Shown piece after piece: positions 1 through 8,929 of a DNA stretch of 64,000 bases (position 1 is its first letter; every line of letters begins with the position of its first letter). A program made the translations under genes and the position numbers. Source of the stretch: Eubacterium sp. (GTDB lineage: Bacteria; Bacillota; Clostridia; Lachnospirales; Lachnospiraceae); assembly GCA_024681515.1 (NCBI GenBank), contig JAILAR010000026.1, positions 8,799-72,798 on the forward strand. The letters are read 5' to 3'. Below the pieces are notes generated by a model. That model searched no databases and was not told the origin of the DNA. It saw nothing but the letters and a program-made list of their open reading frames with translations.

Positions 1-1
1 A

Positions 2-502
2 ACGATTGTTATTGCGGTTTTTGTACACTATGTATTCTCAATTCTTCAGATGACGGAGAAGGATCCCCTTACGGGACTTCTCAACCGGCAGGCATTTTAT
101 GCATCCATCGATGACGATGCAAAGAGTATAAATGCACTGGTATCGATCGATATGAACGGTCTTAAGGTGATCAATGATACCGAAGGACATGCTGCAGGTG
201 ATAAAGCATTGGAGACGATTTCTGCCTGTTTCCTTCAGGCTGTTTCATCGAAAGAGTCGGTTTACAGGATCGGTGGAGACGAATTCGTGATCATTTGCCG
301 ACGGATAACTGAGGATGATGTTAGAAAACTAATCGATCGCATCCGGAATAATATATCCAAAACCAAATATAGATGTGCAATCGGATATAGCTACTCCCCA
401 AACGGGGCGGATTCCCTTGACGATATGCTTTCCGTATCCGATGAAAAAATGTATGCGGATAAATCTTCCTTCTATGCAGCGAGCAGGAATGGTGAATTGT
501 AG
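2..502 (+). CDS. diguanylate cyclase (GGDEF domain); 5' end lies outside the window
   Basis: The frame is open from base 2 (TIVIAVFVHYVFSILQ, TM-helix-like) into ORF 50..502. Motifs: LTGLLNRQAF, INDTEGHAAGD, RIGGDEF. Confidence 0.85.
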   Translation, partial: TIVIAVFVHYVFSILQMTEKDPLTGLLNRQAFYASIDDDAKSINALVSIDMNGLKVINDTEGHAAGDKALETISACFLQAVSSKESVYRIGGDEFVIICRRITEDDVRKLIDRIRNNISKTKYRCAIGYSYSPNGADSLDDMLSVSDEKMYADKSSFYAASRNGEL

Positions 503-522
503 CCCTTCCGTCGCTGTCATTT

Positions 523-548
523 CGGTGGATTTATCCGCCGTTTTTTTT
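523..548 (+). terminator. rho-independent terminator
   Basis: Stem CGGTGGAT / ATCCGCCG (one G-U pair) with a 2-nt loop, followed by T8. Confidence 0.6.
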
Positions 549-735
549 GTCCAGGGATAAATATATTCCTTGGGTTTTTGGTGATAGTGTTTTATCCATT
601 GTTGGAAACGCTGATTTCTGAACAAATTGCTCTGTGCTTATGGATTGAGTATGTGGTCTGTGGTAGAATGAGGGCGTGGGAATATGGGCCATGATTATTA
701 TGATAAATTGGTATTTGTGCAGGAGAATGATCTAA

Positions 736-1011
736 ATGGAATTGAAAAGGATCAAGTATAAACCTACTGTCTGTAAAGTGGCAGATGCGTCGGATATAAA
801 CATGGAGTCTGATTTCTGTTTTATCGGAAAGACAGATGAAGAATTGTCGTTGGTGTGTAAAACGGAAGATACTCCGGCAAACACGGTCGAGCGTGATGAT
901 GGATGGAGAGGGTTCCGCATTCAGGGCATCCTCGATTTTTCATTGATTGGTATTCTGTCAAAGCTGTCAGGCATCCTTGCGGATCATAAAATAGGAATGG
1001 AATGTGGTTAA
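736..1011 (+). pseudogene. ACT-domain protein (ACT_7-like), 3'-truncated
   Basis: FCFIGKTDEELSLVC, DGWRGFRIQGILDFSLIGILSKLSGILA match the family as I remember it. The ORF stops at ADHKIG-MECG*, where homologues continue about 45 aa (IFAISTxxTDYILV...). No other frame continues the homology. Confidence 0.55.
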
Positions 1012-1101
1012 GGATTTCGCTTATGTACATTATGGAAGAAAAGTGATGAATAGAAATGTTTCAAGAATAAGACAGCTGGCAGGTTGAGATAGGACTCACT
1101 A

Positions 1102-1147
1102 AAGGATTCTTGGGGTAGGATATCACTACCTTCAAGAATCCTTTTTC
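1102..1147. terminator. bidirectional terminator between convergent genes
   Basis: 11-bp stem AAGGATTCTTG / CAAGAATCCTT with an inner GGTAG/CTACC helix. There is a T-run on the + strand and an A-run upstream, which reads as a T-run on the - strand. Confidence 0.7.
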
Positions 1148-1153
1148 ATGGGC

Positions 1154-1888
1154 TTAAGCTTTAAAACAATAAATCTGAATTGCCTGATCGACAAATTCTC
1201 CGGTTCCGGATCCACCGGCCTTGTCGATGTTCTCAGTCATTTCACCTCCGGCACTGTAAGCCTTTCCAAGGCCGGATAAGATTTCTTTCGTGCAGGTGTA
1301 ATAGTTTTCGGTGATGAAGTCCTGCAGTTTCTTTACCTGTTTTTGCACGGTGTCACATCCAGGATCCATATCCTTCATTCCACCAAACTCAGTGAAAAGC
1401 TTCATCATATCTTTTGCCATGTTCTGTTTATCCTCGGATGTTCTGCCGGAGGCTTTCTGTTCATATTCCATATAAGCTGCAGTGTTTCCCCATTCCTTCT
1501 TTGCCTGAGCAGCATATTCATCCATCTTTGTGCTGTCAAATGCTGTAAAATCCATAATGTTATTCACTCCTGTGTCTTTTATTCCACGGGCCAGACTGAT
1601 CAGATTCTCAATATGCTCCTTTTTCAACATAAGAAGCCGGATCTGTTGTTCCAGAGCTTTTCTTCTGTCAAAGCATGGACTTTCGATGATGGTCTGAATC
1701 TCTTTCAGAGGGAATTCCAGTTCTCTGAACAGCAGGATCATCTGCAACCTCTCCAATGCCGCACTGTCATACAGCCGGTATCCTGATTCAGTATAGTCCG
1801 ACGGTTTCAGTAACCCTATACTGTCATAATACTGCAGAGTGCGTATACTCACCCCGGAAAGCCTGCTTACTTCATGTACTGTCATCAT
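1154..1888 (-). CDS. MerR-family transcriptional regulator with a TipAS-like C-terminal domain
   Basis: N-terminal HTH MTVHEVSRLSGVSIRTLQYYDSIGLLKP and coiled-coil LFRELEFPLKEIQ. The ~140-aa C-terminal domain is typical of TipA/Mta-type regulators. Confidence 0.85.
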   Translation of the reverse strand: MMTVHEVSRLSGVSIRTLQYYDSIGLLKPSDYTESGYRLYDSAALERLQMILLFRELEFPLKEIQTIIESPCFDRRKALEQQIRLLMLKKEHIENLISLARGIKDTGVNNIMDFTAFDSTKMDEYAAQAKKEWGNTAAYMEYEQKASGRTSEDKQNMAKDMMKLFTEFGGMKDMDPGCDTVQKQVKKLQDFITENYYTCTKEILSGLGKAYSAGGEMTENIDKAGGSGTGEFVDQAIQIYCFKA

Positions 1889-1918
1889 TTCGGATCCCTC
1901 CTCGCCTGTGGTAATTGT

Positions 1919-1949
1919 ACTATAAACTATGACGTAACGTAAGAGTCAA
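1919..1949 (-). promoter_or_regulatory. MerR-type promoter with a 19-bp spacer
   Basis: On the - strand: TTGACT, a 19-nt spacer (cttacgttacgtcatagtt), then TATAGT. The spacer contains the pseudo-palindrome ACGTTACGT. An overlong spacer is the hallmark of MerR-activated promoters. Confidence 0.55.
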
Positions 1950-2119
1950 TGCTTTTTTTATGTTTTTTGTTTTTCCTAAATTTGTGCAAGGATTTTGCAA
2001 TAGTCCAGGTGATATCGGCGGATCATAGAGAGACGAGTGAAAAGTCAAAGTAAGATTATTCTGTTCAGAGTATATTGGATGTGATAATATGGTTGTGATG
2101 TTTTGGAGGTAAAATTGAC

Positions 2120-2293
2120 ATGGATACATGGTTTTACGAAGTTGTAAGTATAGACGGTGATTATGCCAATCTCAGGCGTACGGATATTGAATCAGATGAC
2201 CTGAAGCTTGTGGCAAGAGCATTGCTTCCGGCAGAGATCAAGGAAGGAAGTAAGCTGAGATATGAAATGCTGACATACTACATGGAGGACTGA
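2120..2293 (+). CDS. small DUF3006-like protein (57 aa, below the ORF-track cutoff)
   Basis: ATG at 2120 lies 10 nt after GGAGG. MDTWFYEVVSIDGDYANLRRTD...LLPAEIKEGSKLRY resembles the DUF3006 pattern (IEGDxAxLE...LLPxxxKEGD). Confidence 0.5.
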   Translation: MDTWFYEVVSIDGDYANLRRTDIESDDLKLVARALLPAEIKEGSKLRYEMLTYYMED

Positions 2294-2428
2294 GATGTAT
2301 TACATTCTGGACAGCATGAAGAGAGTCATGTTAGGAGACAGGCTGTTCGGGCGCGCTAAACAGACCGAATTCGTAGTTTTCGATAACACATCGAGAGAAA
2401 ATGAACTTAGAGAGAAAAACAGGGATAA

Positions 2429-2872
2429 ATGGCTATGAGAGAGATAACATCGGAAGAGGTAAGTAAACTGTATGATTGTATTCGGAAGTTATCAGAATAT
2501 CACAATACAAAATCTGTGAATTTCAAAGGCATTTATCCATTAAAGCCATATGAAAAGACTCTGGAATCTTTCGAAGAAGCATTACGAAATAAAGAATCAT
2601 ATATCGCAGTCACTGAAATTGAAAACCAGATTATCGGCTTCTGTAAAGTCGATATTAACGGAGAAAATGGTAAACTGGACTACTTGGTGGTAAAGGAAGA
2701 ATTCAGAGGAAAAGGGTTTGGAAAAGAACTCATGGACTGGGCAATGCTAATGTTTAACATGAATAATGTTCGACATATCGAAGTAAAAGTCATCGACGGT
2801 AACCCAACGATTCATTTATATGAAAAGTATGGTTTTAGAATGAAATCGCTCATATTAGGGATTGAACGTTAA
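2429..2872 (+). CDS. GNAT family N-acetyltransferase
   Basis: 147 aa. Acetyl-CoA-binding motif KEEFRGKGFGKELMDWAM and C-terminal YEKYGF. Confidence 0.85.
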   Translation: MAMREITSEEVSKLYDCIRKLSEYHNTKSVNFKGIYPLKPYEKTLESFEEALRNKESYIAVTEIENQIIGFCKVDINGENGKLDYLVVKEEFRGKGFGKELMDWAMLMFNMNNVRHIEVKVIDGNPTIHLYEKYGFRMKSLILGIER

Positions 2873-2888
2873 AAAGAAAGGAAAAGTG

Positions 2889-3392
2889 ATGTATTCGGTT
2901 ATGAATACATCATACAAGAGAATAATGCGTAGAAGTGATAGGGAAATAAAGGACGAGAGATTAATTGAAGCATTTATTGCAAAAGAACAGGTCATGAGAA
3001 TCGCATTCTATGACAATGGTGAGATTTATATCGTTCCAATAAACTATGGATATACAAATGAGTCGGGGAAGTATAGATTCTATTTCCATGGTGCAAAAGC
3101 CGGACGCAAGTATGAACTCTGCAAGAATTCACCGGAAATTGGATTTGAAATAGATGGGAACTATGAACTGTTGGAAGCTGATATCGCATGTGCTTTTTCG
3201 GCTAAATTTCAGAGTGTCATCGGTACGGGCAAGATATGTATCGTAGAAGATAAGCAGGAAAAGATCAGAGGGCTTAATATTCTGATGAAGCAGGTATCCG
3301 GTAGTCCTGAATGGCAGTATTCTGAGAAAATGATAAATGCTGTTGCTGTTTATAGGGTAGATGTTGATAAGCTTTCATGCAAAGCGAAATAG
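2889..3392 (+). CDS. pyridoxamine 5'-phosphate oxidase-family (FMN-binding split-barrel) protein
   Basis: MRRSDREIKDERLIEAFI...MRIAFYDNGEIYIVPINYGY is typical of this family. The start is ambiguous: ATG 2889 follows AAAGGAAAAG, and the family-typical MRRSDREI start is at 2925. Confidence 0.75.
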   Translation: MYSVMNTSYKRIMRRSDREIKDERLIEAFIAKEQVMRIAFYDNGEIYIVPINYGYTNESGKYRFYFHGAKAGRKYELCKNSPEIGFEIDGNYELLEADIACAFSAKFQSVIGTGKICIVEDKQEKIRGLNILMKQVSGSPEWQYSEKMINAVAVYRVDVDKLSCKAK

Positions 3393-3417
3393 TATTCAGC
3401 AAGGTGCTTCTTTTCTA

Positions 3418-3461
3418 TTGACAAAAGAGTCAGATCGAAATAAAATGACATCACGTCATTT
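3418..3461 (+). promoter_or_regulatory. sigma-A promoter plus palindromic operator for the TetR-hydrolase operon
   Basis: TTGACA (3418-3423), 17-nt spacer, TAAAAT (3441-3446). The inverted repeat AAATGAC-N5-GTCATTT (3443-3461) overlaps the -10 box and the start site. Confidence 0.65.
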
Positions 3462-3480
3462 ATATTTTCGAGGTGATGAA

Positions 3481-4146
3481 ATGCCTAAAGTGTCAGATGC
3501 ATATTTTGAACAGAAGCGAAAGGAAATCGTTGACGCGGCCTATCGGGTGTGTATGAAGAAGCCTATAACCTCCGTTGAGATGAAGGATATCATAGCGGAA
3601 ACGGGCTTTTCCCATGGAGTGATCTATCGCTATTACAGTGAACTGGATGAAGTCCTGCAGGATCTGGTGATTCGGATTAACAGGTCAAATCGGATCGATG
3701 AAAGACTTATGGAGATACTGGATCGCTACAAGACCGGAGAATGGAAGAGGACAGTGAAAGAGGTTTGCGGTCTGCTTGCATCATACCTGGAGGAGACTGA
3801 AATTGATATTCTGAAGCTTTCGATATATTCTGACGTTCTTGCCATCAATGATCCGGAACGTGTGATGCGGATCGCTTCCAGACTGGATAAAGATGATAGG
3901 AGTCCCCTTTTAATCCTGGAAGCTATGATGCGGAGGTTCCTTGAACGGGTTGTGGATGAGGCAAAACTGCACCCGATAAGATCCACGGACCAGATCCATC
4001 AGTTTATGATCGCGACGTTTCATGGGATTCAGACCGGGTATGTGCTGTCCAATTGCTATAAGACGGAGCATATATCTGAAAGATACAAGCCGGTACCGAT
4101 GTTTGACTGTCTGGCGGACTCAGTGATCTATATGATGGGAGGTTGA
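3481..4146 (+). CDS. TetR/AcrR family transcriptional regulator
   Basis: ATG 3481 lies 6 nt after GAGGTG. HTH: ITSVEMKDIIAETGFSHGVIYRYYSELDEV. The track ORF starts at 3361 but runs through the promoter. Confidence 0.85.
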   Translation: MPKVSDAYFEQKRKEIVDAAYRVCMKKPITSVEMKDIIAETGFSHGVIYRYYSELDEVLQDLVIRINRSNRIDERLMEILDRYKTGEWKRTVKEVCGLLASYLEETEIDILKLSIYSDVLAINDPERVMRIASRLDKDDRSPLLILEAMMRRFLERVVDEAKLHPIRSTDQIHQFMIATFHGIQTGYVLSNCYKTEHISERYKPVPMFDCLADSVIYMMGG

Positions 4147-4151
4147 TCAGA

Positions 4152-4916
4152 ATGATATTTCATACATTTGGTGATGCGTCTAAGAAACCTGTGCTCCTGA
4201 TTCACGGTATGCTTAATCCATGGCAGTTATGGGAAGAAGCAGCAGAGCATTTTTCGAAGGAATACTATGTTGTCGTTCCGGAGCTGGATGCCCATACGGA
4301 GGAAGAAACAAGCACTTTTGTATCCGTGGATGATGAGGCAAAGGCGATTCGTGAATATGTTATCCGCAAGTTTGGAGGAAAACTCTTCATGATCTGCGGC
4401 CTTTCCATGGGTGGGCGGATCGCTGCGACGCTTGCAGGTCTTCCGGCTATTTCCACCGAGCATCTGGTGTTGGATGGTGCTCCGCTGAAAGCTATGCCGA
4501 AATTTCTGATCCGATTCATGACCAATAGTTATATCAAAATTATTAAGAAATCAAAGGCCAGAGATCCGAAGACGCTGGCCAGTTGCAGAAGAGATTTCCT
4601 CCCTGAAAGGTATATCGATGATTTTCTGAAGATCGCAGACCATATCGAGGATGCATCCATACGAAATATCCTGAGCAGTGTGTTCAGTGCTTTCGATTAC
4701 AAAACCTATGATCCAAACAGCAGGATCCTTTTCATGCATGGTACAAAAGGAAATGAGTCTGTGTCCGGAAAGGCAGCACTTAAGATGAAGGAAGTGAATC
4801 CGCAGACAGAGATCCGTGTATATGATGGGTATGCCCATGCGCAGCTTATGAGTTTTGAGCAGTCCAAATGGATCCGGGAGGTGCAGGATTTTTTAAATAA
4901 GGGAGGATTCACTTAA
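4152..4916 (+). CDS. alpha/beta hydrolase
   Basis: PVLLIHGMLNP (oxyanion region) and nucleophile elbow GLSMGG. ATG 4152 lies 9 nt after GGGAGG and the gene overlaps the tetR stop. Confidence 0.8.
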   Translation: MIFHTFGDASKKPVLLIHGMLNPWQLWEEAAEHFSKEYYVVVPELDAHTEEETSTFVSVDDEAKAIREYVIRKFGGKLFMICGLSMGGRIAATLAGLPAISTEHLVLDGAPLKAMPKFLIRFMTNSYIKIIKKSKARDPKTLASCRRDFLPERYIDDFLKIADHIEDASIRNILSSVFSAFDYKTYDPNSRILFMHGTKGNESVSGKAALKMKEVNPQTEIRVYDGYAHAQLMSFEQSKWIREVQDFLNKGGFT

Positions 4917-4941
4917 CGTAAACATATTATGGAGATAAATT

Positions 4942-4969
4942 CGGTGGGGTGTGTCCACCGGATTTTTTT
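4942..4969 (+). terminator. rho-independent terminator
   Basis: CGGTGG-ggtgtgt-CCACCG followed by gaTTTTTTT. Confidence 0.7.
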
Positions 4970-4993
4970 GTCTTGAATTTTCAAGTTTTTTTG

Positions 4994-5041
4994 TTGACAG
5001 GCTAATAACTGTTAGCCATAATAAAGCTAATAAACATTAGC
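4994..5041 (+). promoter_or_regulatory. consensus-like promoter with two 16-bp palindromic operators
   Basis: TTGACA (4994-4999), 17-nt spacer, CATAAT (5017-5022). The spacer itself is the palindrome GCTAATAACTGTTAGC (5001-5016). A second copy, GCTAATAAACATTAGC, sits at 5026-5041. Confidence 0.6.
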
Positions 5042-5054
5042 GTGAAAAGGGGGA

Positions 5055-5246
5055 GTGCATTCGGCTATGAACAAGGTGACAGGTGGGTTGCTTTTCATAC
5101 TTCCGCTGATATTATCAATAATTCCGATCATATACACGGGAATCACAATATGTTCTGTGGCGACATTTGCAGCTATTCAAGAAGGGCATTTCATAAGGAC
5201 AGGAAAGGGGATGGAAACAGTCATCCCTGTGGGATCCGGGGGATAA
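5055..5246 (+). pseudogene. C-terminal remnant of a CDP-alcohol phosphatidyltransferase-like membrane protein
   Basis: Only 63 aa. NKVTGGLLFILPLIL...AAIQEGHFIR resembles the last TM segments of this family from memory. It lies directly behind the promoter with no N-terminal part. Confidence 0.35.
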
Positions 5247-5252
5247 AGTACA

Positions 5253-5480
5253 ATGGATAGAGTAAGCGGCAGACTGACAGTGTTTTTTGAAGACCCATTC
5301 TGGGTGGGCATTTTCGAGAGGACTTGCTCACGTCTATGGATTGAGCGGATGGTCTATGGTAGAATAAGGCCATGGGCTGGAATCGACAATTTGGAAGTGA
5401 TGGCGCTCGAGTCGCAATTTGTATTTCTGTGGGAATCAGTTTGGGGACAGGGGTTGGTATATTATGGAAATAGAGTATAG
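5253..5480 (+). pseudogene. degenerate DUF2992 (YjdF-like) remnant
   Basis: RLTVFFEDPFWVGIFER matches the conserved DUF2992 N-terminus. The rest diverges and overlaps the next GNAT gene. Confidence 0.4.
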
Positions 5481-5919
5481 ACAAGCGGTTATAGAAGACG
5501 CTGAGTTATTGGTAAATATCTATAATGCTTCATTTTATGACGATTATGTGCGATATGGTTCGTGTCCTGGATATGGACAAACAAAAGAAATGATGGAAGA
5601 GTCAATCAGCAAATATCTGAAACACATCATACTATGCGATAATGAACCTGTTGGTTGTGTATCGTGCATTAAACTGGAAAATGGATTGTATGAGGTCGGT
5701 TGTTTGTGCGTTATACCTGAGTATCAAGGCAAAGGAATTGGGACACAGGCAATTCGATTTGTAAAGACATTTTATGAAGATTGGGAGAGGCTCACTTTAG
5801 TAACACCGATAGACAAGAAAGAAAATGTGAAGTTTTATACTGAAAAATGTGGTTTTCGCGTAGAAGCTACCGAAAGAGACGGCAATGTGGATCTTTTTCG
5901 GTTTGTTGCGGAAAGATAA
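5464..5919 (+). CDS. GNAT family N-acetyltransferase
   Basis: MEIEYRQAVIEDAELL start and the motif VIPEYQGKGIGTQAIRFV. Confidence 0.85.
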   Translation: MEIEYRQAVIEDAELLVNIYNASFYDDYVRYGSCPGYGQTKEMMEESISKYLKHIILCDNEPVGCVSCIKLENGLYEVGCLCVIPEYQGKGIGTQAIRFVKTFYEDWERLTLVTPIDKKENVKFYTEKCGFRVEATERDGNVDLFRFVAER

Positions 5920-6043
5920 TGGTGAAATGTATTTGGAATAAAGGAGAAGAGACCGCTTCTGGTTACGGGCGATAAAGTACTTACAGGATTTAAGGAAGAG
6001 GACTGGAGGAAAGCGTTACGAACCTTTACGCATGACTCATAAA

Positions 6044-6068
6044 GTGTACCAATATGGAACGTTCTTTT
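6044..6068 (+). promoter_or_regulatory. conserved upstream motif, copy A (no -10 box downstream)
   Basis: GTGTACCAATATGGAACGTTCTTTT. See copies at 11122, 13504 and 14956. Confidence 0.5.
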
Positions 6069-6109
6069 ACTTTGATGTTTCCGGCAGAGATCAGGGAAGG
6101 AAGCGTAAG

Positions 6110-6412
6110 ATGAATATATATGTGGATTATGACGATTGTCTTTGTGAGACTGCTCGGGCATTTACCGTGATAGCAGAGAGGCTCTTTGGTAAGACGGTTC
6201 CTTATGAGACGGTTCGTTTTTTTAATCTTCAGGATTCCTTTGAGCTTACAGATGAAGAATATGAACTTCTGATGCTCGAAGGCCATCGCCCTGAAGTACT
6301 GCTTTCTTATGAAGAAACTCCGGGTGCTTCCAGGGTATTAAATGAATGGATTGACCTGGGGCAATTACATGTCACGGAATGCGTAAATAACATCTTGTTC
6401 GTAAAGAGATAG
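6110..6412 (+). pseudogene. HAD-superfamily 5'(3')-nucleotidase-like protein, 3'-truncated
   Basis: The MNIYVDYDDCLCE start carries a DxD-type motif, after GGGAAGGAAG. The ORF ends after ~100 aa, where the family is usually about 180 aa. No other frame continues it. Confidence 0.45.
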
Positions 6413-6428
6413 TGGGGGATACAGAAAC

Positions 6429-6872
6429 GTGATAAGAAAAGCAGAACCAAAGGATTCATCCAGGATTGCCGAGATCCTGGTGTTTACAAAAAGAATGAAG
6501 TACAGAACGATCTTTCATAACGATGAATACTCTTTTAACGAGTTGCAGGTAGTTAAGGTTGCCGATGAATTCAAGGATCCGGAGCTCCTCGATAAAGTGT
6601 GGGTATACGATGATGGCATTGTTAAGGGAATGCTCCATCTGGATGGAAAGGAGATCTCAGAATTATATGTAGATTACTTCTTTTGGAAAGAGGGCATCGG
6701 ATCTAAGCTGGTAGAATTTGCAAAAGAAAAGTTTAATGTTAAGTTCGTATGGACTCTGGAGAAGAACGAAGACGCTATTCGTTTTTACGAGGAGCATGGT
6801 TTTATGCTTAACGGGAAAAGACAATTAGAAGAAGGTACACCTGAATATATCGTGATGTTAGAGCAAGATTGA
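6429..6872 (+). CDS. GNAT family N-acetyltransferase
   Basis: GTG start. MIRKAEPKDSSRIAEI, WKEGIGSKLVEFA, YEEHGF. Confidence 0.8.
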   Translation: MIRKAEPKDSSRIAEILVFTKRMKYRTIFHNDEYSFNELQVVKVADEFKDPELLDKVWVYDDGIVKGMLHLDGKEISELYVDYFFWKEGIGSKLVEFAKEKFNVKFVWTLEKNEDAIRFYEEHGFMLNGKRQLEEGTPEYIVMLEQD

Positions 6873-6975
6873 AACTATGAAAATGAGTGGAACATTATAT
6901 TCCGAAATGACTGACTAAGAAAAATCGGAATTTGTGTTGATACTACAAAGTGAGCAGAAAGGAGTGCGAGCGTGG

Positions 6976-7362
6976 ATGAAAATAAAACGGCTTGTTACGC
7001 TGTCACTGATGGCGGTTATGAGTATGTGCATCTGTACTTCCTGTGTGAAACATGCAGAAGTGGATGGAAGTGAGTTCGAAGACAATGCTGAGCTGACAAC
7101 GGAGATCGTAGGTGCGGAAGTATCGGTTGACGGATCTCATGGAAGTATCACACTAAATATCCCGGAAACATGGAATTGGGAAACAACTAATAACGGTGGA
7201 AAGCTTCAGACCGGAACAATCGGGAGTTACGGGATCATATTAAAACCAAATGAAACTAAGCAAGGGCAGATTGAAGTGTTTTATACGAACGCTTTCGGCC
7301 TTTGCGGGACAGGCCTTTTTAGTAACAAGACAACGCTGGCCGATAATCCTGTATGGGTCTAA
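6976..7362 (+). CDS. putative secreted protein or lipoprotein
   Basis: MKIKRLVTLSLMAVMSMCICTSC is a signal peptide with a Cys-rich end. No recognisable domain. Confidence 0.55.
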   Translation: MKIKRLVTLSLMAVMSMCICTSCVKHAEVDGSEFEDNAELTTEIVGAEVSVDGSHGSITLNIPETWNWETTNNGGKLQTGTIGSYGIILKPNETKQGQIEVFYTNAFGLCGTGLFSNKTTLADNPVWV

Positions 7363-7591
7363 GACGGAAAAATATATGAGGAACACGAGATGGAGGAGCC
7401 TATGTTTAGGCCATCGGGTTTTTCGGAGGCTTTTCTGTTGACACCTCACCAGGGGAACGACCGAATACGATTGTATGGAGCGTAACTGTTTGATATAATT
7501 GTATCGTTCATCGGCGCATTACCCGGAACGGAATCCGCCGGTAATCCGGAAACGGGAAACATTGATCAAAGTGACAGGGAGAAGGAACGCC

Positions 7592-8131
7592 ATGCAGGAT
7601 AAGGGGGATTTTTTCCGGGATGCGGAGGATCAGGAGAAGGCGTGGATCGCTGCGAATGAAGCGATCCTTTATAAAAGGCATTGTAAAAGCTTTATCATGC
7701 TTATTATCCTGTTCGCATTTTGTCTGACGATGGGAATCCTCGGTTTATTCTTTCCCATCGGTCTGGGCCGAATCTTTTGTATAGTTATGATCCCAATCAG
7801 CATCTTCCTGGTGGTCATTGCAGCTATCGGTATATGGACGACGAAACGTCAGCTTGTGAAGGTCAGGAACGGTGACTACGGTGTTCAGAATGTAACTATT
7901 ACAGATGTTCATAACGAGGTTCATGGACTTAAGTCCGATCAGCATGTTACCTTTACGGCAGAGAACGGTGAAACATATGAAATGAACACACATACCACCG
8001 GAGATGCAGGCCTGATCCGCGGGGGCGCAGGACTACTTGTGATCCTTCGCGGAGAATCCAATATTCTTCTCACATGTAAATATCGTTTTTTTCCGGAATA
8101 CGGAGCAGAAAGCTCGCGAGACGGATTATAG
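7592..8131 (+). CDS. membrane protein (two TM helices), function unknown
   Basis: ATG 7592 follows GGGAGAAGGA. Hydrophobic stretches FIMLIILFAFCLTMGILGLFF and IFCIVMIPISIFLVVIAAIGIW. Confidence 0.6.
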   Translation: MQDKGDFFRDAEDQEKAWIAANEAILYKRHCKSFIMLIILFAFCLTMGILGLFFPIGLGRIFCIVMIPISIFLVVIAAIGIWTTKRQLVKVRNGDYGVQNVTITDVHNEVHGLKSDQHVTFTAENGETYEMNTHTTGDAGLIRGGAGLLVILRGESNILLTCKYRFFPEYGAESSRDGL

Positions 8132-8156
8132 AAACTGATGGACAAAGGATAAAACT

Positions 8157-8918
8157 ATGATAGGTATATATTTTAGCGGTACAGGAAATTCAAAATATGC
8201 AGTGAAGTTATTCTGCCGGGAATATGATAAAGAAGCAAAGGCATACTCAATTGAGGATTCGAGGGTTCTATCCGCTATAACCAATGCGGACCTGATCGTA
8301 TTTGCTTATCCCGTTCAGTTTAGTACGGTTCCTAAAATACTGAGAGATTTTGTTACCGACAACAAAGAACTATGGAGGGGAAAGAAAGTCTTTGTGATTG
8401 CGACCATGGGTCTTTTCAGCGGCGATGGATCCGGTATGCTGGGCCGCATTTTACAAAGCTGTGGTGCAGAAGTGAAAGGCGGACTTCATTTGAAAATGCC
8501 GGACAGTATCGCTGACGAGAAGGCATTGAAAAGACCGTTGGATAAGAACAAAGAACTAATTAAAATAGCTAAACAAAAGATTCGGAAATCCGTAAAGCAA
8601 TTGAAAGAAGGGCATCCAACACAGGAAGGAATCGGTTTTTTGTATAGAATGGCCGGTTTCTTCGGGCAGAGATTATACTTCGGACATAAGACAAAGGAAT
8701 ACTCTTCAAAACTTAAAATCGATAATGAAAAATGTATCGGATGCGGAAAATGTGAGAAGCTATGTCCCATGAGAAATATAACCATAGTTGAGAATAATGC
8801 GGTTTCAGGTGACCGGTGTACCATGTGTTATCGGTGTATCAACAAATGTCCCAGGCAGGCAATGACTCTTCTTGGGAAAAGCGTTATTGAACAATGTGAG
8901 GTTGAAAAATACTTGTAG
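8157..8918 (+). CDS. EFR1-family ferredoxin (flavodoxin-like domain plus 4Fe-4S dicluster domain)
   Basis: The N-terminus IGIYFSGTGNSKY is flavodoxin-like. Cluster motifs: CIGCGKCEKLCP and CTMCYRCINKCP. Confidence 0.8.
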   Translation: MIGIYFSGTGNSKYAVKLFCREYDKEAKAYSIEDSRVLSAITNADLIVFAYPVQFSTVPKILRDFVTDNKELWRGKKVFVIATMGLFSGDGSGMLGRILQSCGAEVKGGLHLKMPDSIADEKALKRPLDKNKELIKIAKQKIRKSVKQLKEGHPTQEGIGFLYRMAGFFGQRLYFGHKTKEYSSKLKIDNEKCIGCGKCEKLCPMRNITIVENNAVSGDRCTMCYRCINKCPRQAMTLLGKSVIEQCEVEKYL

Positions 8919-8929
8919 GGAGTAATCGT

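Noticed and set aside
2295-2438. A 47-codon ORF (MYYILDSMKRVMLGDRLFGRAKQTEFVVFDNTSRENELREKNRDKWL) between the DUF3006-like gene and the GNAT gene.
   Set aside because: It has no SD sequence and no recognisable family, and it overlaps the GNAT start. The evidence is insufficient to call it.
7360-7485. In-frame continuation after the TAA stop of the lipoprotein gene (41 more stop-free codons), suggesting a nonsense mutation or read-through.
   Set aside because: Forty open codons are not statistically unusual, and the continuation has no recognisable motif. I keep it as a caveat only.
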